A program made the translations under genes and the position numbers. DNA of 64,000 nucleotides from Thermoplasmata archaeon (GTDB lineage Archaea > Thermoplasmatota > E2 > JACPAO01 > JAHFTW01): assembly GCA_034667725.1 (NCBI GenBank), contig JAXDQS010000010.1:128001-192000 (forward strand), given 5' to 3'. The notes below the pieces were generated by a model. That model was not told where the DNA came from. It ran no database searches and saw only the letters and a program-made list of their open reading frames with translations. Each line of letters begins with the position of its first letter. The first letter of the stretch is position 1. Below, piece after piece: positions 9,620 through 18,870 of the stretch.

Positions 9620-10101
9620 CAGGCCTTCGCCTTGGCGGCGGCCTTGACCTCGGCGCGCGGCGGCGCCGCGCCGGTGTCGCGCAGCCGCTGGGCGACCATC
9701 GGGATCGAGCGGCGCACCATCTGGGCCCACCCCTTGTCCATGCCCTTCTTCATGAGAAGGCCCATGAAGCCGGCGAGGCCGCCGTGGCGGAACTCCAACC
9801 GGGTGCCGCCGTCCGGCGTCGGCGTCAGCGTGAACGACACCAGGCTGGGCGACTTGTCCTTGCCGACGTTCCAGCGCAGCGCGAAGCGGCGCGGCGGGTC
9901 GGCCTCCACCACCTCGCACGGGCAGACGCCGTCCCAGAACGGGCGCGGCTTGTCGCGGAACGAGAAGCGGTGGCCCACCTTGGCCTCCACGAAGTCGTTC
10001 TCCATCAGCCAGGCGTCCAGGCCGGGCTTGGTGGCGATGGCCTGCCAGACGGCCTCCGGCGGCAGCGGGTAGGTGGCCTCGTGGACGATGTCGTCAGCCA
10101 T
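9619..10101 (-). CDS. SRPBCC/AHSA1-like ligand-binding protein
   Basis: PPEAVWQAI...WL...VG..F...EVVEADPPRR...W...GTRLEFRH; typical ArsR partner. Confidence 0.88.
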   Translation of the reverse strand: MADDIVHEATYPLPPEAVWQAIATKPGLDAWLMENDFVEAKVGHRFSFRDKPRPFWDGVCPCEVVEADPPRRFALRWNVGKDKSPSLVSFTLTPTPDGGTRLEFRHGGLAGFMGLLMKKGMDKGWAQMVRRSIPMVAQRLRDTGAAPPRAEVKAAAKAKA

Positions 10102-10311
10102 GAGGCGCAGGACCCGAGGGCGGGGCAAAGCGTTGCCGCATGGTTACAGATTGGGGACTTCTTTGGCCGGGGGCCGCCGCGCGCGCAGGGACCGAGGGCG
10201 CCCGCCTGCGCGAGCGCCAGCGAGCGCACGGGCCGAGGGAGCGGCCCCCTCGCCGGCTGGGGGTCCGGGGCGCGCAGCGCCCCGGCGCCGGATAGGCGCA
10301 GCCTATACGTG

Positions 10312-10695
10312 CTACATCTTGGTGATCATCTGCCGCCCCATCGCCACGATGTAGGAGACGTCGCCGCCGGCCACGAGGCCTTCGGAGAACTCCTCGGGGA
10401 TGGTGATCTCGAAGGTCTCGAACGAGTCCTTGTCCATCAGTTGGGCGACGCCGTTGTGGAACGAGAGCAGCTGGGCCTGGCGGCGGTCCACCATGGGGAC
10501 CCAGACCTTGTCGGAGACGGTGCCCAGGAGCGTGCGCTTGGAGTTGGTGAAGATGCTGCGGGCCTCGATGCGGGCCTTGGCCGCGCCGTGCTTGCCGGGC
10601 TTCGACTTCTCGATGGAGTCGATCTTGCAGGGCTCGTCGTCGATCAAGACGAACCGGCCTTCCTTCAGCTCACGAATCTCCGCCTGCTCCTTCAT
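10312..10695 (-). CDS. eif5a: Translation factor aIF-5A
   Basis: Hypusine loop SKPGKHGAAKARI; 127 aa. Confidence 0.96.
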   Translation of the reverse strand: MKEQAEIRELKEGRFVLIDDEPCKIDSIEKSKPGKHGAAKARIEARSIFTNSKRTLLGTVSDKVWVPMVDRRQAQLLSFHNGVAQLMDKDSFETFEITIPEEFSEGLVAGGDVSYIVAMGRQMITKM

Positions 10696-10811
10696 GCACG
10701 GCCTCAGAAGCGGGCACGGGCAGGCCTTGATAAACCGTTTCGGAGCCCGGGCGGCCAGTCGCACGGCCTTGCGGGAAAACTTATGCCCGACGCAGGGCGT
10801 GGTCGTCCCAG

Positions 10812-12347
10812 GTGCGTCGCGCCGCGGGTCGGGGGGCACGGTTGGCCGCGGCGGCCGCCTTCCTCGCCGTGGCTGCCATCCTGGCCTCCGCCCAGGAGGG
10901 GCCCACCGGCCTCCAGGAGTCCAAGTGCTGGACCTGCCACAAGGAGGGCGGCACGGTGGCGGGCGATCCGCTGGTGCGCATCGTGGACCTGGTGCCGCCG
11001 GCCTCGCTGCGCCTCGAGCCGGGCGAGCCGGCGCCGTTCGTGGTGACGGTGCGCAACCCTTGGCTCTCCGAATTGCACCGCATCGTCGGCACGCTCGACC
11101 TGTCGGACGCGCCGTCGCTGGGCTTCGAGCCGCCGCCCGACCCGGTCTTGGGCGTCAAGCGCGAGGGCGAACTGGCGCTTGCCCCCGCGGGCGTCAACGC
11201 CGAGCGGACGGCCGACGTGGCCGTGCCGGTGCTGGCCGGCGCCACCGACCTGCGCATCCGCCTGGTGCCCGGCAAGGCGACCGGCGTGGACGCGCCCAAC
11301 CTCGAGCTGCGGTTGTGGCCCGAGGGTGTGACGCACGACCTCGACCATGCCATCGTGGTGGACGGCGCCGGCAAGGGCGGCACCGAGACCTGGCGCGGCA
11401 CGGCGGAGACGCTGTCCCGGCTCGGCTATGGCGCCTGGACCGCCCAGGCGGCGCAGCGCGCGGCGACCGCCGGCGTGGACATCTCGGCGTTGGCCGCGCA
11501 GCCGTTCGAGGTCGTCGTGGACACGTGGTTCAACCTCACGGGCGACCGCACGCAACTGGCCGCGACCACCGACCGCCTCGACGGGCAGGCCGACCCGTCC
11601 GCGACCGGGAGCCTGACCTGGCGGCTGTTCGTGCAGCGGACGCCGCAGCCTGGCGAGGCCATCCGCATCGCCGTCGAGCTGGTGGCCTCCTACGAGCACG
11701 CGCCGCAGTTCAACGCGGTGGACGACTGGATCTTCCGCGACGGCCTGCGCGTCCCCATCCAGGCCCCCGCGTCGGGCGGCAGCGACGGCCCCGCCGGGAC
11801 CGAAGGCCCGACCACCATCGTGTTCAACACCACGGCGCCGCCCGCCGACACCGCCGGCGTGGGCGACGCGGGCTTCTGGAACGGGCGCGAGTGGGGCGAG
11901 GTGGTCGGCTACTTCACCACGTTCCTCATGGCCTCGGCGCTGGTGAGCGGCGGCGTGCTGGGCGGTGCCAGCCGGCGCGGCCTCAACAAGCTGTTCCGCA
12001 CCGCCAAGCGGCGCATCGCGTTCCACAACCTGACCTCCTACGCCATCCTGCTGGCCGCCGCCGCGCACACCGCCGTCTTCGTGGTGGAGGCCGAGTTCCC
12101 CTGGACCTTGGGCTTGCTGTGGGGCGGGCTCGGCATCGTGTTCCTCGCGGCCCTCGGCTGGACGGGCGCCTGGCAGATCCCGCTCATCCGGTCGTGGGGC
12201 TACAAGCCGTGGCGGGTCGTGCACTACGGCTGCGCCATCCTTGCCACCGTCGCGACCTTGGCCCACATCGCGCTCGACGGCGTGCACTTCGTCGATTTGC
12301 AGCAGAAACTGGGCTGGGCGGACCCCGTGGAGCAATGGCTTCCCTGA
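10812..12347 (+). CDS. Exported CxxCH protein with a C-terminal His-containing TM bundle (ferric-reductase/cytochrome b-like)
   Basis: Signal peptide, CWTCH, long beta-rich region, then about four TM helices with His pairs (FHN..AHT; VHY..AHI). Confidence 0.65.
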   Translation: MRRAAGRGARLAAAAAFLAVAAILASAQEGPTGLQESKCWTCHKEGGTVAGDPLVRIVDLVPPASLRLEPGEPAPFVVTVRNPWLSELHRIVGTLDLSDAPSLGFEPPPDPVLGVKREGELALAPAGVNAERTADVAVPVLAGATDLRIRLVPGKATGVDAPNLELRLWPEGVTHDLDHAIVVDGAGKGGTETWRGTAETLSRLGYGAWTAQAAQRAATAGVDISALAAQPFEVVVDTWFNLTGDRTQLAATTDRLDGQADPSATGSLTWRLFVQRTPQPGEAIRIAVELVASYEHAPQFNAVDDWIFRDGLRVPIQAPASGGSDGPAGTEGPTTIVFNTTAPPADTAGVGDAGFWNGREWGEVVGYFTTFLMASALVSGGVLGGASRRGLNKLFRTAKRRIAFHNLTSYAILLAAAAHTAVFVVEAEFPWTLGLLWGGLGIVFLAALGWTGAWQIPLIRSWGYKPWRVVHYGCAILATVATLAHIALDGVHFVDLQQKLGWADPVEQWLP

Positions 12348-12375
12348 GGCGCTTGGCCCGGACGGTGGATCAACC

Positions 12376-12972
12376 CTAGGCCGGAGCCGCCTGCCCCACG
12401 GGCGACCGGATCGGCGCGCGTGCCGCCAGCCAAGCGCCCAGGACACCCCCCAGCAGGTTGTTGTAGAGGTCCACGAGCGTGTTGGTGTAGTAGCCTTGGT
12501 CCACCGTCCCGAACAGCACGAACTGGGCGAACTCGTAGAGCTCCACCACGACCCCCGCCGTTGCGGCCACGCAGGCGGCCAGGACGACGGCGGCCACGCG
12601 CCGGGCCGGCAGGATGCGCGTCGTCCACAGGCCGGCGCCCAGCCCCAGCGCCGCGGAGCCCACCAGGTGGACGGCGTTGTCCCACCACGGCAGCGCGTAG
12701 TAGAGCCCGTTTGGGCCGCCGACCTGGTGGAGGCCGGCCAGGGAGCCGCCGCCATAGTGGAGCGCCGCCATGAGGCCCAGGAGCCAGGCGGGGCGCGCGG
12801 GCAGGAACCAGCCCTTGAGCCGTGCCAGCCCGACGCCGACGCACAGGATGCCGGCGCCGAACAAGGTGTAGCCGAACCAGAGCTGGTTGCCAGTGGCCAG
12901 GTTGAGCGCCGCGGCGGCAGCCAGCAGGAGGGCGGTGGCCGCGTAGGGCCGCCAGCGCGGGTCCGGCAGCAT
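12376..12972 (-). CDS. DUF2238-like membrane protein
   Basis: ALHYGG...YY..PWWDNAVH...VELYEF...YTNTLVDL..NLLG. Confidence 0.7.
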   Translation of the reverse strand: MLPDPRWRPYAATALLLAAAAALNLATGNQLWFGYTLFGAGILCVGVGLARLKGWFLPARPAWLLGLMAALHYGGGSLAGLHQVGGPNGLYYALPWWDNAVHLVGSAALGLGAGLWTTRILPARRVAAVVLAACVAATAGVVVELYEFAQFVLFGTVDQGYYTNTLVDLYNNLLGGVLGAWLAARAPIRSPVGQAAPA

Positions 12973-12999
12973 CTTGAGGCGCCGACCACTGGCAAGGAC

Positions 13000-13953
13000 A
13001 TGGCGTTTGCCGTCCACAGCCCGGCGCTGTTCGTGGGGGGCCTGCTGCTGCTGGCAGCGGTTCCCCTGGCAGCCCAGGGCGAGTGGCGCGTGTGGGCTTT
13101 CGACCACCCGGTGAGCAACCTGGAGTGGGACGAAGGGGGCCACGGGCCCGCCTTCGCCGCCGGCGGCTCCGGTGGCGGCGGCACGCATTCCGGTGGGGGC
13201 TCCGGTGGCCGCAGCACACATTCCGGTGGAGGCTCCGGTGGCGGCGGCACCCATTCCGGCGGTGGAGGCAGCGGTGGGGGCGGGGGCGGCAGTGGCACCC
13301 ACCCGAGCACCGGCACCGCCACGCCGGCCAAGGGCGGCGGCAGCGGCGCAGACACGCCCGCCACCGGCTCCGGCCTCACGGCGGGCTCCGGCGGGACCGG
13401 CCCTGGCGGCTCCGGCGGCCTGCTGGGCATCCTCGGCTCCGGCGGCCAGGGCTCCGGCGGCGGCTGGGGGGGCTCCCAGGGCGCCGGCTGGGGCTCGTTC
13501 GCCGCTGGCTTTGCAGCCTTCTTCATCGGGTTGGCCGCTGCCTTCGCCGCCTTCGCCAAGGCGCTCGCGGCGTTCGCGGCCGGCCTCTCGAAGATGTTCG
13601 CGGGTTGGGTTTTCCTCATTCCCGGCCTGCTTGCCATGCTTCTGTGGACATACTTCGGCATTCTGGGCGGCCTGCTGGCGGCCACGGCCATCGTGGTCTT
13701 CGCGCTCGTGGCCAACGCCGCCCAAGTCCCGGCCGTGGCCGCGGCGGCCGCCCCGCCGCCGGAGCTCGGCGTGCCCGTGGCAGACGAGGGGTGGGTGCCC
13801 CCGCAGGACGCCGCGGTGCCCGGGGAGGCGGCGGCGAAGAAGGGGTCCGCCAAGAAGGCGACCGCGACGAAGGCCACCGCCAAGAAGGCCGCCACGAAGA
13901 AGGCCAAGGGCACGGCCAAGACAGCACCCAAGAAGGCCGCCCGCAAACCGTAG
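13000..13953 (+). CDS. Glycine-rich membrane protein with Lys/Ala-rich C-terminal tail
   Basis: Signal-like N-terminus, GGGSGGGGTHS repeats, hydrophobic block, AAKKGSAKKATATKATAKKAATKK tail. Confidence 0.7.
   Translation: MAFAVHSPALFVGGLLLLAAVPLAAQGEWRVWAFDHPVSNLEWDEGGHGPAFAAGGSGGGGTHSGGGSGGRSTHSGGGSGGGGTHSGGGGSGGGGGGSGTHPSTGTATPAKGGGSGADTPATGSGLTAGSGGTGPGGSGGLLGILGSGGQGSGGGWGGSQGAGWGSFAAGFAAFFIGLAAAFAAFAKALAAFAAGLSKMFAGWVFLIPGLLAMLLWTYFGILGGLLAATAIVVFALVANAAQVPAVAAAAAPPPELGVPVADEGWVPPQDAAVPGEAAAKKGSAKKATATKATAKKAATKKAKGTAKTAPKKAARKP
13162..13260 (+). repeat. Intragenic 33-bp tandem repeat (GGGSGGGGTHS x3)
   Basis: CATTCC at 13186, 13219 and 13252, period 33. Confidence 0.85.
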
Positions 13954-13995
13954 TCGCGGCAACGGTCAAGACCCACCCGGCCCCATGGCGCCCTG

Positions 13996-15468
13996 ATGCC
14001 CAAGGCCGTGCGCACCTCCAGCGACGGCCTGCGCCGCGAGCTGAACCTGTTCGGCGCCGTCTCGCTCATCGTCGGCATCGTGATCGGCTCCGGCATCTTC
14101 CTCGGCGTCAACCGGGTGGCGGCCGGCGCCGGCTCGCCCGCCTTGGTCGTCCTGGTCTGGGTCCTCGGCGGCGCCCTTACCGTCATCGGCGCCCTCACCT
14201 ACGCAGAGCTGGGCACGATGTTCCCGCGCGCCGGCGGCGAGTACGTCTTCCTGCGCGAGGGCCTTGGCGGCTTCTGGGCGTTCCTGTCCGGCTGGACGGC
14301 CTTCACCATCAACCTGGCCGGCTCGGCGGCGGCGCTCGCGGTGGTGTTCGCGGCCCAGCTCGACGCGCTCAAGCCCGCCGGGTTTGGCGCGTTCGTGCTG
14401 GTGGACGCCTGGATCGCCGGCTACCACCTCGTCATCGAGGGCGTCAAGGTCACGGCGGCGGCCACCATCCTGCTGCTCGCGATCGTCAACTACTTCGGCA
14501 TCCGGCTCGGCGGCAACGTCCAGAAGACCCTCACCGTGCTGAAGTACACCCTTATCGTCGGCTTGGCCGCGGCGGCGCTGTTCTACTTCGGCGACAGCCC
14601 CACGCCCGACGTCGGCTTCTTCGAGGACGCCCGCTACAGCTACCACGAAGGTGGCGGCGGCACGGGCCCGATGGTGGTCCACGACGGCTTCGACCTCGGC
14701 CAGTTCCTCGGCCTCGCCATGGTCGCGGCGCTGTTTGCCTACGACGGCTGGACCAACGTGGTGCGCGTCGGCTCCGAGCTGCGGGACCCCGCCCGCAACC
14801 TCCCCAAGGCGATGCTCCTGGGCCTCGGCTCGGTGGCCGTGCTCTACATCCTCGTCAGCTTCGGCTACCTGCAGGTCCTCGGGTTCGCGGGCTTCGCCCA
14901 GAGCCCCAAGACGGTCGCCAGCGACGCCGCCCACGTGCTGTTCGGCGGCCCCGGCCAAGCCATCGTCGCCAGCATGATTCTGGTCTCGGTGGCCGGCAGC
15001 CTCAACGGCATCACCATCAGCGGCCCGCGCGTCTACTACGCCATGAGCCGCGACGGCGTCTTCCCCACCATGTTCTCGAAGGTCAACCGCCACGCCGTGC
15101 CCGCCCGCGCCATCTGGGTCCAGGCCGGCCTCAGCGTGCTGTTCCTGTTCTTCTTCGACTTCGAGTCGCTCACCGACAACGTGGTGTTCATCTCGTTCAT
15201 CTTCTACGCCATGGCCGCCGTCGGCCTCATGGTCCTGCGCAAGACCCGGCCCGACCTGGAGCGCCCCTACAAGGTGCCCGGCTACCCGGTCGTCCCGCTG
15301 CTGTTCATCGCGACCTCGCTCGCCTTCGTCGGCTACCTCTTGTGGCAGCAGGTCACGACCTTCTCGGCGAACAACTTCAGCCGCCTCGCGGGCCTCGCCG
15401 TCGTCGCGGCGGGCGTGCCGGTGTATTTCTGGTACCGCAAGCACCGCGGTCCGGTCAGCACGTCGTGA
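13996..15468 (+). CDS. APC-family amino acid permease
   Basis: LRRELNL, IGSGIF, YAELGTMFPRAGGEY, FAYDGW, ELRDPARNLP, RPYKVPGYP. Confidence 0.93.
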   Translation: MPKAVRTSSDGLRRELNLFGAVSLIVGIVIGSGIFLGVNRVAAGAGSPALVVLVWVLGGALTVIGALTYAELGTMFPRAGGEYVFLREGLGGFWAFLSGWTAFTINLAGSAAALAVVFAAQLDALKPAGFGAFVLVDAWIAGYHLVIEGVKVTAAATILLLAIVNYFGIRLGGNVQKTLTVLKYTLIVGLAAAALFYFGDSPTPDVGFFEDARYSYHEGGGGTGPMVVHDGFDLGQFLGLAMVAALFAYDGWTNVVRVGSELRDPARNLPKAMLLGLGSVAVLYILVSFGYLQVLGFAGFAQSPKTVASDAAHVLFGGPGQAIVASMILVSVAGSLNGITISGPRVYYAMSRDGVFPTMFSKVNRHAVPARAIWVQAGLSVLFLFFFDFESLTDNVVFISFIFYAMAAVGLMVLRKTRPDLERPYKVPGYPVVPLLFIATSLAFVGYLLWQQVTTFSANNFSRLAGLAVVAAGVPVYFWYRKHRGPVSTS

Positions 15469-16252
15469 GCGCGAGCGCCTTCGCCAGCACCGTGTACTCC
15501 CACGGCGACACCTCGGCCGCCGTCCGCGCCGCGCCGTTGACCTGGGCGATCGCCTCGGTCACGGCCTGCGGCGGCACGCCGAGCGTCTCCGCAAGCGGCG
15601 CCAGGCTGTGCCGCAGTGTCCGCGCCTTCGCCCCCCATGCCGCCTCCAGCACGGTGTCCAGCATCGCGAGGTCGAGCGCCTCGTCGCGCGGCTTGGGCCG
15701 AATCTCGACGACGCAGCACGGCACCGCCGGCGGCGGGTCGAAGTCCTTGCGGCGCAGCGGGAACAGCACCTTGGCCTTGGCGCGCGCCGCCACCTGCACC
15801 GTGAGCCGGCCGTAGCCCTCCTGCTTCGGCCCCGCCGTCAGCCGCTCCGCCAACTCCTGCGGCATCACCAGGACGGCGTGCCCGAAGCCATGGTCCAGCA
15901 GGCGGCGCAGCAGCGCAGGCAGGATGCGGAACGGCGGGTTCGAGACCACCGCGTCGATGCGCGGCGGCAAGCGGACCGCGAGCGCGTCGCCCTGCACGAC
16001 GCGGACGCCCGGCAGCGCCATGCTCGCAAGGCGCCCGGCCCGGTCGGCGTCGCGCTCGACCGCGAGCACCGAGCCGCCCGGCTGCACGGCCGCCGCCACC
16101 GCCCGCGTGAGGGCGCCCGTGCCGGCGCCCACGTCGAGCGCGTGCAGGCCCGGCGCGAGGCCGGCGGCGGCCACCAGCCGCGCCACGACCTCGGGGCTCG
16201 CCGACAGGAAGTGGGCGCCCTCCGCGCGGGTCTCGGGGTCGGTGCGGGGCAC
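15455..16252 (-). CDS. rsmA: rRNA adenine dimethyltransferase KsgA/RsmA family
   Basis: AHFL, DVGAGTG, VERD, GDAL, SNPPF, ELAERL, YGRLTV, FDPPPAV. Confidence 0.8.
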   Translation of the reverse strand: MPRTDPETRAEGAHFLSASPEVVARLVAAAGLAPGLHALDVGAGTGALTRAVAAAVQPGGSVLAVERDADRAGRLASMALPGVRVVQGDALAVRLPPRIDAVVSNPPFRILPALLRRLLDHGFGHAVLVMPQELAERLTAGPKQEGYGRLTVQVAARAKAKVLFPLRRKDFDPPPAVPCCVVEIRPKPRDEALDLAMLDTVLEAAWGAKARTLRHSLAPLAETLGVPPQAVTEAIAQVNGAARTAAEVSPWEYTVLAKALALTTC

Positions 16253-16302
16253 GGCCGCGCCACGGGCGAAGTCCTCATCCCCTTTGCCCTCCTGACCGCC
16301 GC

Positions 16303-17979
16303 GTGGACGCGCTCGAGGCCGCCCGCCGCCTGGCCGACGCCGCCTTCGAGGCGTGGCGGCGCATCCAGGACGACGCCGACCGGCACGCCAAGGTCGGCCT
16401 GGGCGCGGGCGGCAACCTCACCAGCCGCGCCGACGCCGTGCTGGAGGCCGCCATCCTGGAGGAGGCGCGCCGGCTCGGCATCGCGGTGCTGTCCGAGGAG
16501 GCCGGCCTCGTGGACATCCCGGACTCCAAGTGGCTCGCCGTGGTGGACCCGCTCGACGGCAGCCGCAACGCCGGCCGCGGCATCCCGTTCCACTGCACCA
16601 GCGTCGCCATCGCCCCGCGCGCCGGGACCCTCAAGGACCTGGAGGCCGGCGTGGTGCGGAACCTCGTCACCGGCGACACCTACGCCTGCCGCAAGGGCGG
16701 CGGCGCCACCGTCAATGGCAAGCCGCTGGCGCCCGCCGCGTTCGACCCCGAGGAGGTCATGGTCGGCGTCATCGCAGACTACTCCGAGACCGAGATCGAC
16801 GAGGCGCACGCCAGCCCCGACCACCACATCCGCGACCTGGGGTCGGCGGCGCTGGAGATGTGCCTCGTCGGCACCGGCGCCCTCGACGCCTTCATCGTCC
16901 GCAAGCCGTGGCTCCGGGTCATCGACCTGGCCGCCGCGACCCTGTTCATCCGCGAGTGCGGCGGCGCCGTCCACGATCCGATGACGGGCCTGGAGCTGGA
17001 GGTCCACCTCGATCTCGCGGTGCGCTGCGGCGTGCTTGCGACCCACGACGCCGAGGCGCGGCAGGCGGTCTCCACCACCCGCATCCGGCCCGTGCGGACG
17101 CCGGCGGGCAAGATGACCGGCCCCGTCACGCCGGGCCAGGACACGGCCCTCACCTGGGCCATCGTCGGCAAGGGCGGCATCCCGCACATCCGCCGCGAGG
17201 CGATGTGGCTGCGGCAGGCGCTCCTGGACCGCGGCCAGCACGTCCTGTTGGAGGAGGACTTGGCGAAGGCGACCGGCGAGAAGGGCCACACCCTCGACCA
17301 GCTCGACCGCGACGCCGACCTGTTTTTGACCGTGGGCGGCGACGGCACCATCCTGATGGTCCTGCACGCCACCGACAAGCCGATCTTCGGCGTCAACGCG
17401 GGCGCCATCGGGTTCCTCGCCGAGGTGGAGCCGCCGCAGGCCGCGCTCGGCATCGACCAGATTATCCGCGGCGACTACCGGGTCGAGCAGCGCGACAAGC
17501 TCCAGGCCTGGCTCGACCAGCGCCGCCTCCCGGACGCCACCAACGAGGTCACGCTGCAGACCAGCCGCATCGCCAAGCTCATCCGCTTCACCATCACCGT
17601 CTCGGGCGAGGTGCTGGACACGCTGCGCGGCGACGGCATCATCGTCAGCACCGCGACGGGCAGCACTGGCTACGCCATGAGCGTCGGCGGGCCCCTCGTC
17701 CATCCCCTCGTCCACGGCACCGTGCTGGCCCCGATCGCGCCGTTCCGCCTCAGCGCGCGGCCATGGGTCGTGCCCTCCGACGCCGTGATCGAGCTGACCC
17801 TGCTGGAGCGCGACAGCAGCCAAGGCGAGCAGCACGCCCGCGTCGTCGTGGACGGCCAGCACGGCCTCGACGTCCGCCCAGGCCAGACCGTCCGCATCAT
17901 GCCGAGCCCCCGCAAGGCCCGCTTCATCCGCCTCGGCTCCGGCTACTACGAACGGGTCCGCACCAAGCTCACGAGGTGA
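16303..17979 (+). CDS. Bifunctional NADP phosphatase (IMPase fold) / NAD kinase
   Basis: N-terminal SEE, DPLDGS, RDLGSAALE; C-terminal GGDGT, NE, GDG, TATGSTGY. Confidence 0.9.
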   Translation: MDALEAARRLADAAFEAWRRIQDDADRHAKVGLGAGGNLTSRADAVLEAAILEEARRLGIAVLSEEAGLVDIPDSKWLAVVDPLDGSRNAGRGIPFHCTSVAIAPRAGTLKDLEAGVVRNLVTGDTYACRKGGGATVNGKPLAPAAFDPEEVMVGVIADYSETEIDEAHASPDHHIRDLGSAALEMCLVGTGALDAFIVRKPWLRVIDLAAATLFIRECGGAVHDPMTGLELEVHLDLAVRCGVLATHDAEARQAVSTTRIRPVRTPAGKMTGPVTPGQDTALTWAIVGKGGIPHIRREAMWLRQALLDRGQHVLLEEDLAKATGEKGHTLDQLDRDADLFLTVGGDGTILMVLHATDKPIFGVNAGAIGFLAEVEPPQAALGIDQIIRGDYRVEQRDKLQAWLDQRRLPDATNEVTLQTSRIAKLIRFTITVSGEVLDTLRGDGIIVSTATGSTGYAMSVGGPLVHPLVHGTVLAPIAPFRLSARPWVVPSDAVIELTLLERDSSQGEQHARVVVDGQHGLDVRPGQTVRIMPSPRKARFIRLGSGYYERVRTKLTR

Positions 17980-17984
17980 GGGGC

Positions 17985-18527
17985 GTGGGATGGTTCGGCC
18001 GCAACAAGACCCGCCGCTTGGCCGTGCGGGAGGGCTACGAGAAACTGCCCGAGGAGGAATGGACCGAGGACGAGGTCGACCACCACCTCCAGACCTGCTC
18101 CGAGGACGAATACTGGGCCTACTGGGACCGCTGGAGCCTGGACACTTACGAGCACCCCACCGTCCGCAAGATCCGCAAGTCGGCGCTCGACATGGGCTTC
18201 GAGGCCGCGCGCGCCAGCTTCCCCCAAGAGTTCGGCTGCATGCTCCGGGTCGAGAAGGACACCATCACCGAACTCGTCCTGGTCCCCGGCACCATCCAAG
18301 GCGACGAGCACGCCATCTTCGCCCTGGGCAACCTCCCGGTGGACCGCAGCATCCAAGGCACGCTGCACAGCCACCCCGACCCGCATCCCTACCCAAGCGA
18401 CGCCGACTTCGAATTGTTCGAGCACCACGGCACCATCCACCTGATCCTCGCGCAGCCGTACGAGGGCGAGGCGTGGCGGGCGTACGACCACACTGGCGTG
18501 CCGACCTACTTGGACGTCGTTGACTGA
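17985..18527 (+). CDS. JAMM/MPN+ (Mov34) metalloprotease
   Basis: FPQEF...GTLHSHP.PHPYPSDAD; GAGGTG RBS upstream of GTG 17985. Confidence 0.85.
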   Translation: MGWFGRNKTRRLAVREGYEKLPEEEWTEDEVDHHLQTCSEDEYWAYWDRWSLDTYEHPTVRKIRKSALDMGFEAARASFPQEFGCMLRVEKDTITELVLVPGTIQGDEHAIFALGNLPVDRSIQGTLHSHPDPHPYPSDADFELFEHHGTIHLILAQPYEGEAWRAYDHTGVPTYLDVVD

Positions 18528-18531
18528 CCCA

Positions 18532-18822
18532 CGGGCACCCGACGAGCACCGATTTTCACAGATTCGGAAGATTCCCACAGAGGTCTGTGGAATTTTTGGC
18601 TAGGCCCAGCCAAATCCAAGCAAGGGTCTGTGGAATCTGTGTGCGTCGGGCACCCGACGGGCACCGATTCCCCCAGATTCGGAAGATTCCCACAGACGAT
18701 CTGGGGAATTTTGGCTAGGCCCCTCCAACTCCAAAGCCAGGGTCTGTGGAATCTGTGTGCGACGGGCACTGATTCCCTCAGATTGGGAAGATTCCCACAG
18801 GCGGTCTGTGGAGTCTGGGTCC
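18532..18822 (+). repeat. Palindromic mosaic repeat array 2
   Basis: Same unit as array 1, starting at 18541, 18656 and 18761; begins just after the 18527 stop. Confidence 0.95.
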
Positions 18823-18870
18823 AATTGGCAGTGGCGCAGGTTGAAACCTCCCAGCCCGCTCCAGTGACCG

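Noticed and set aside
10704-14198. Very long Arg/Pro/Ala-rich ORFs in the track (e.g. 10704-14198, 13083-15815, 46494-49520, 60979-63612)
   Set aside because: Shadow frames of high-GC genes; they overlap well-supported CDSs and have no motifs
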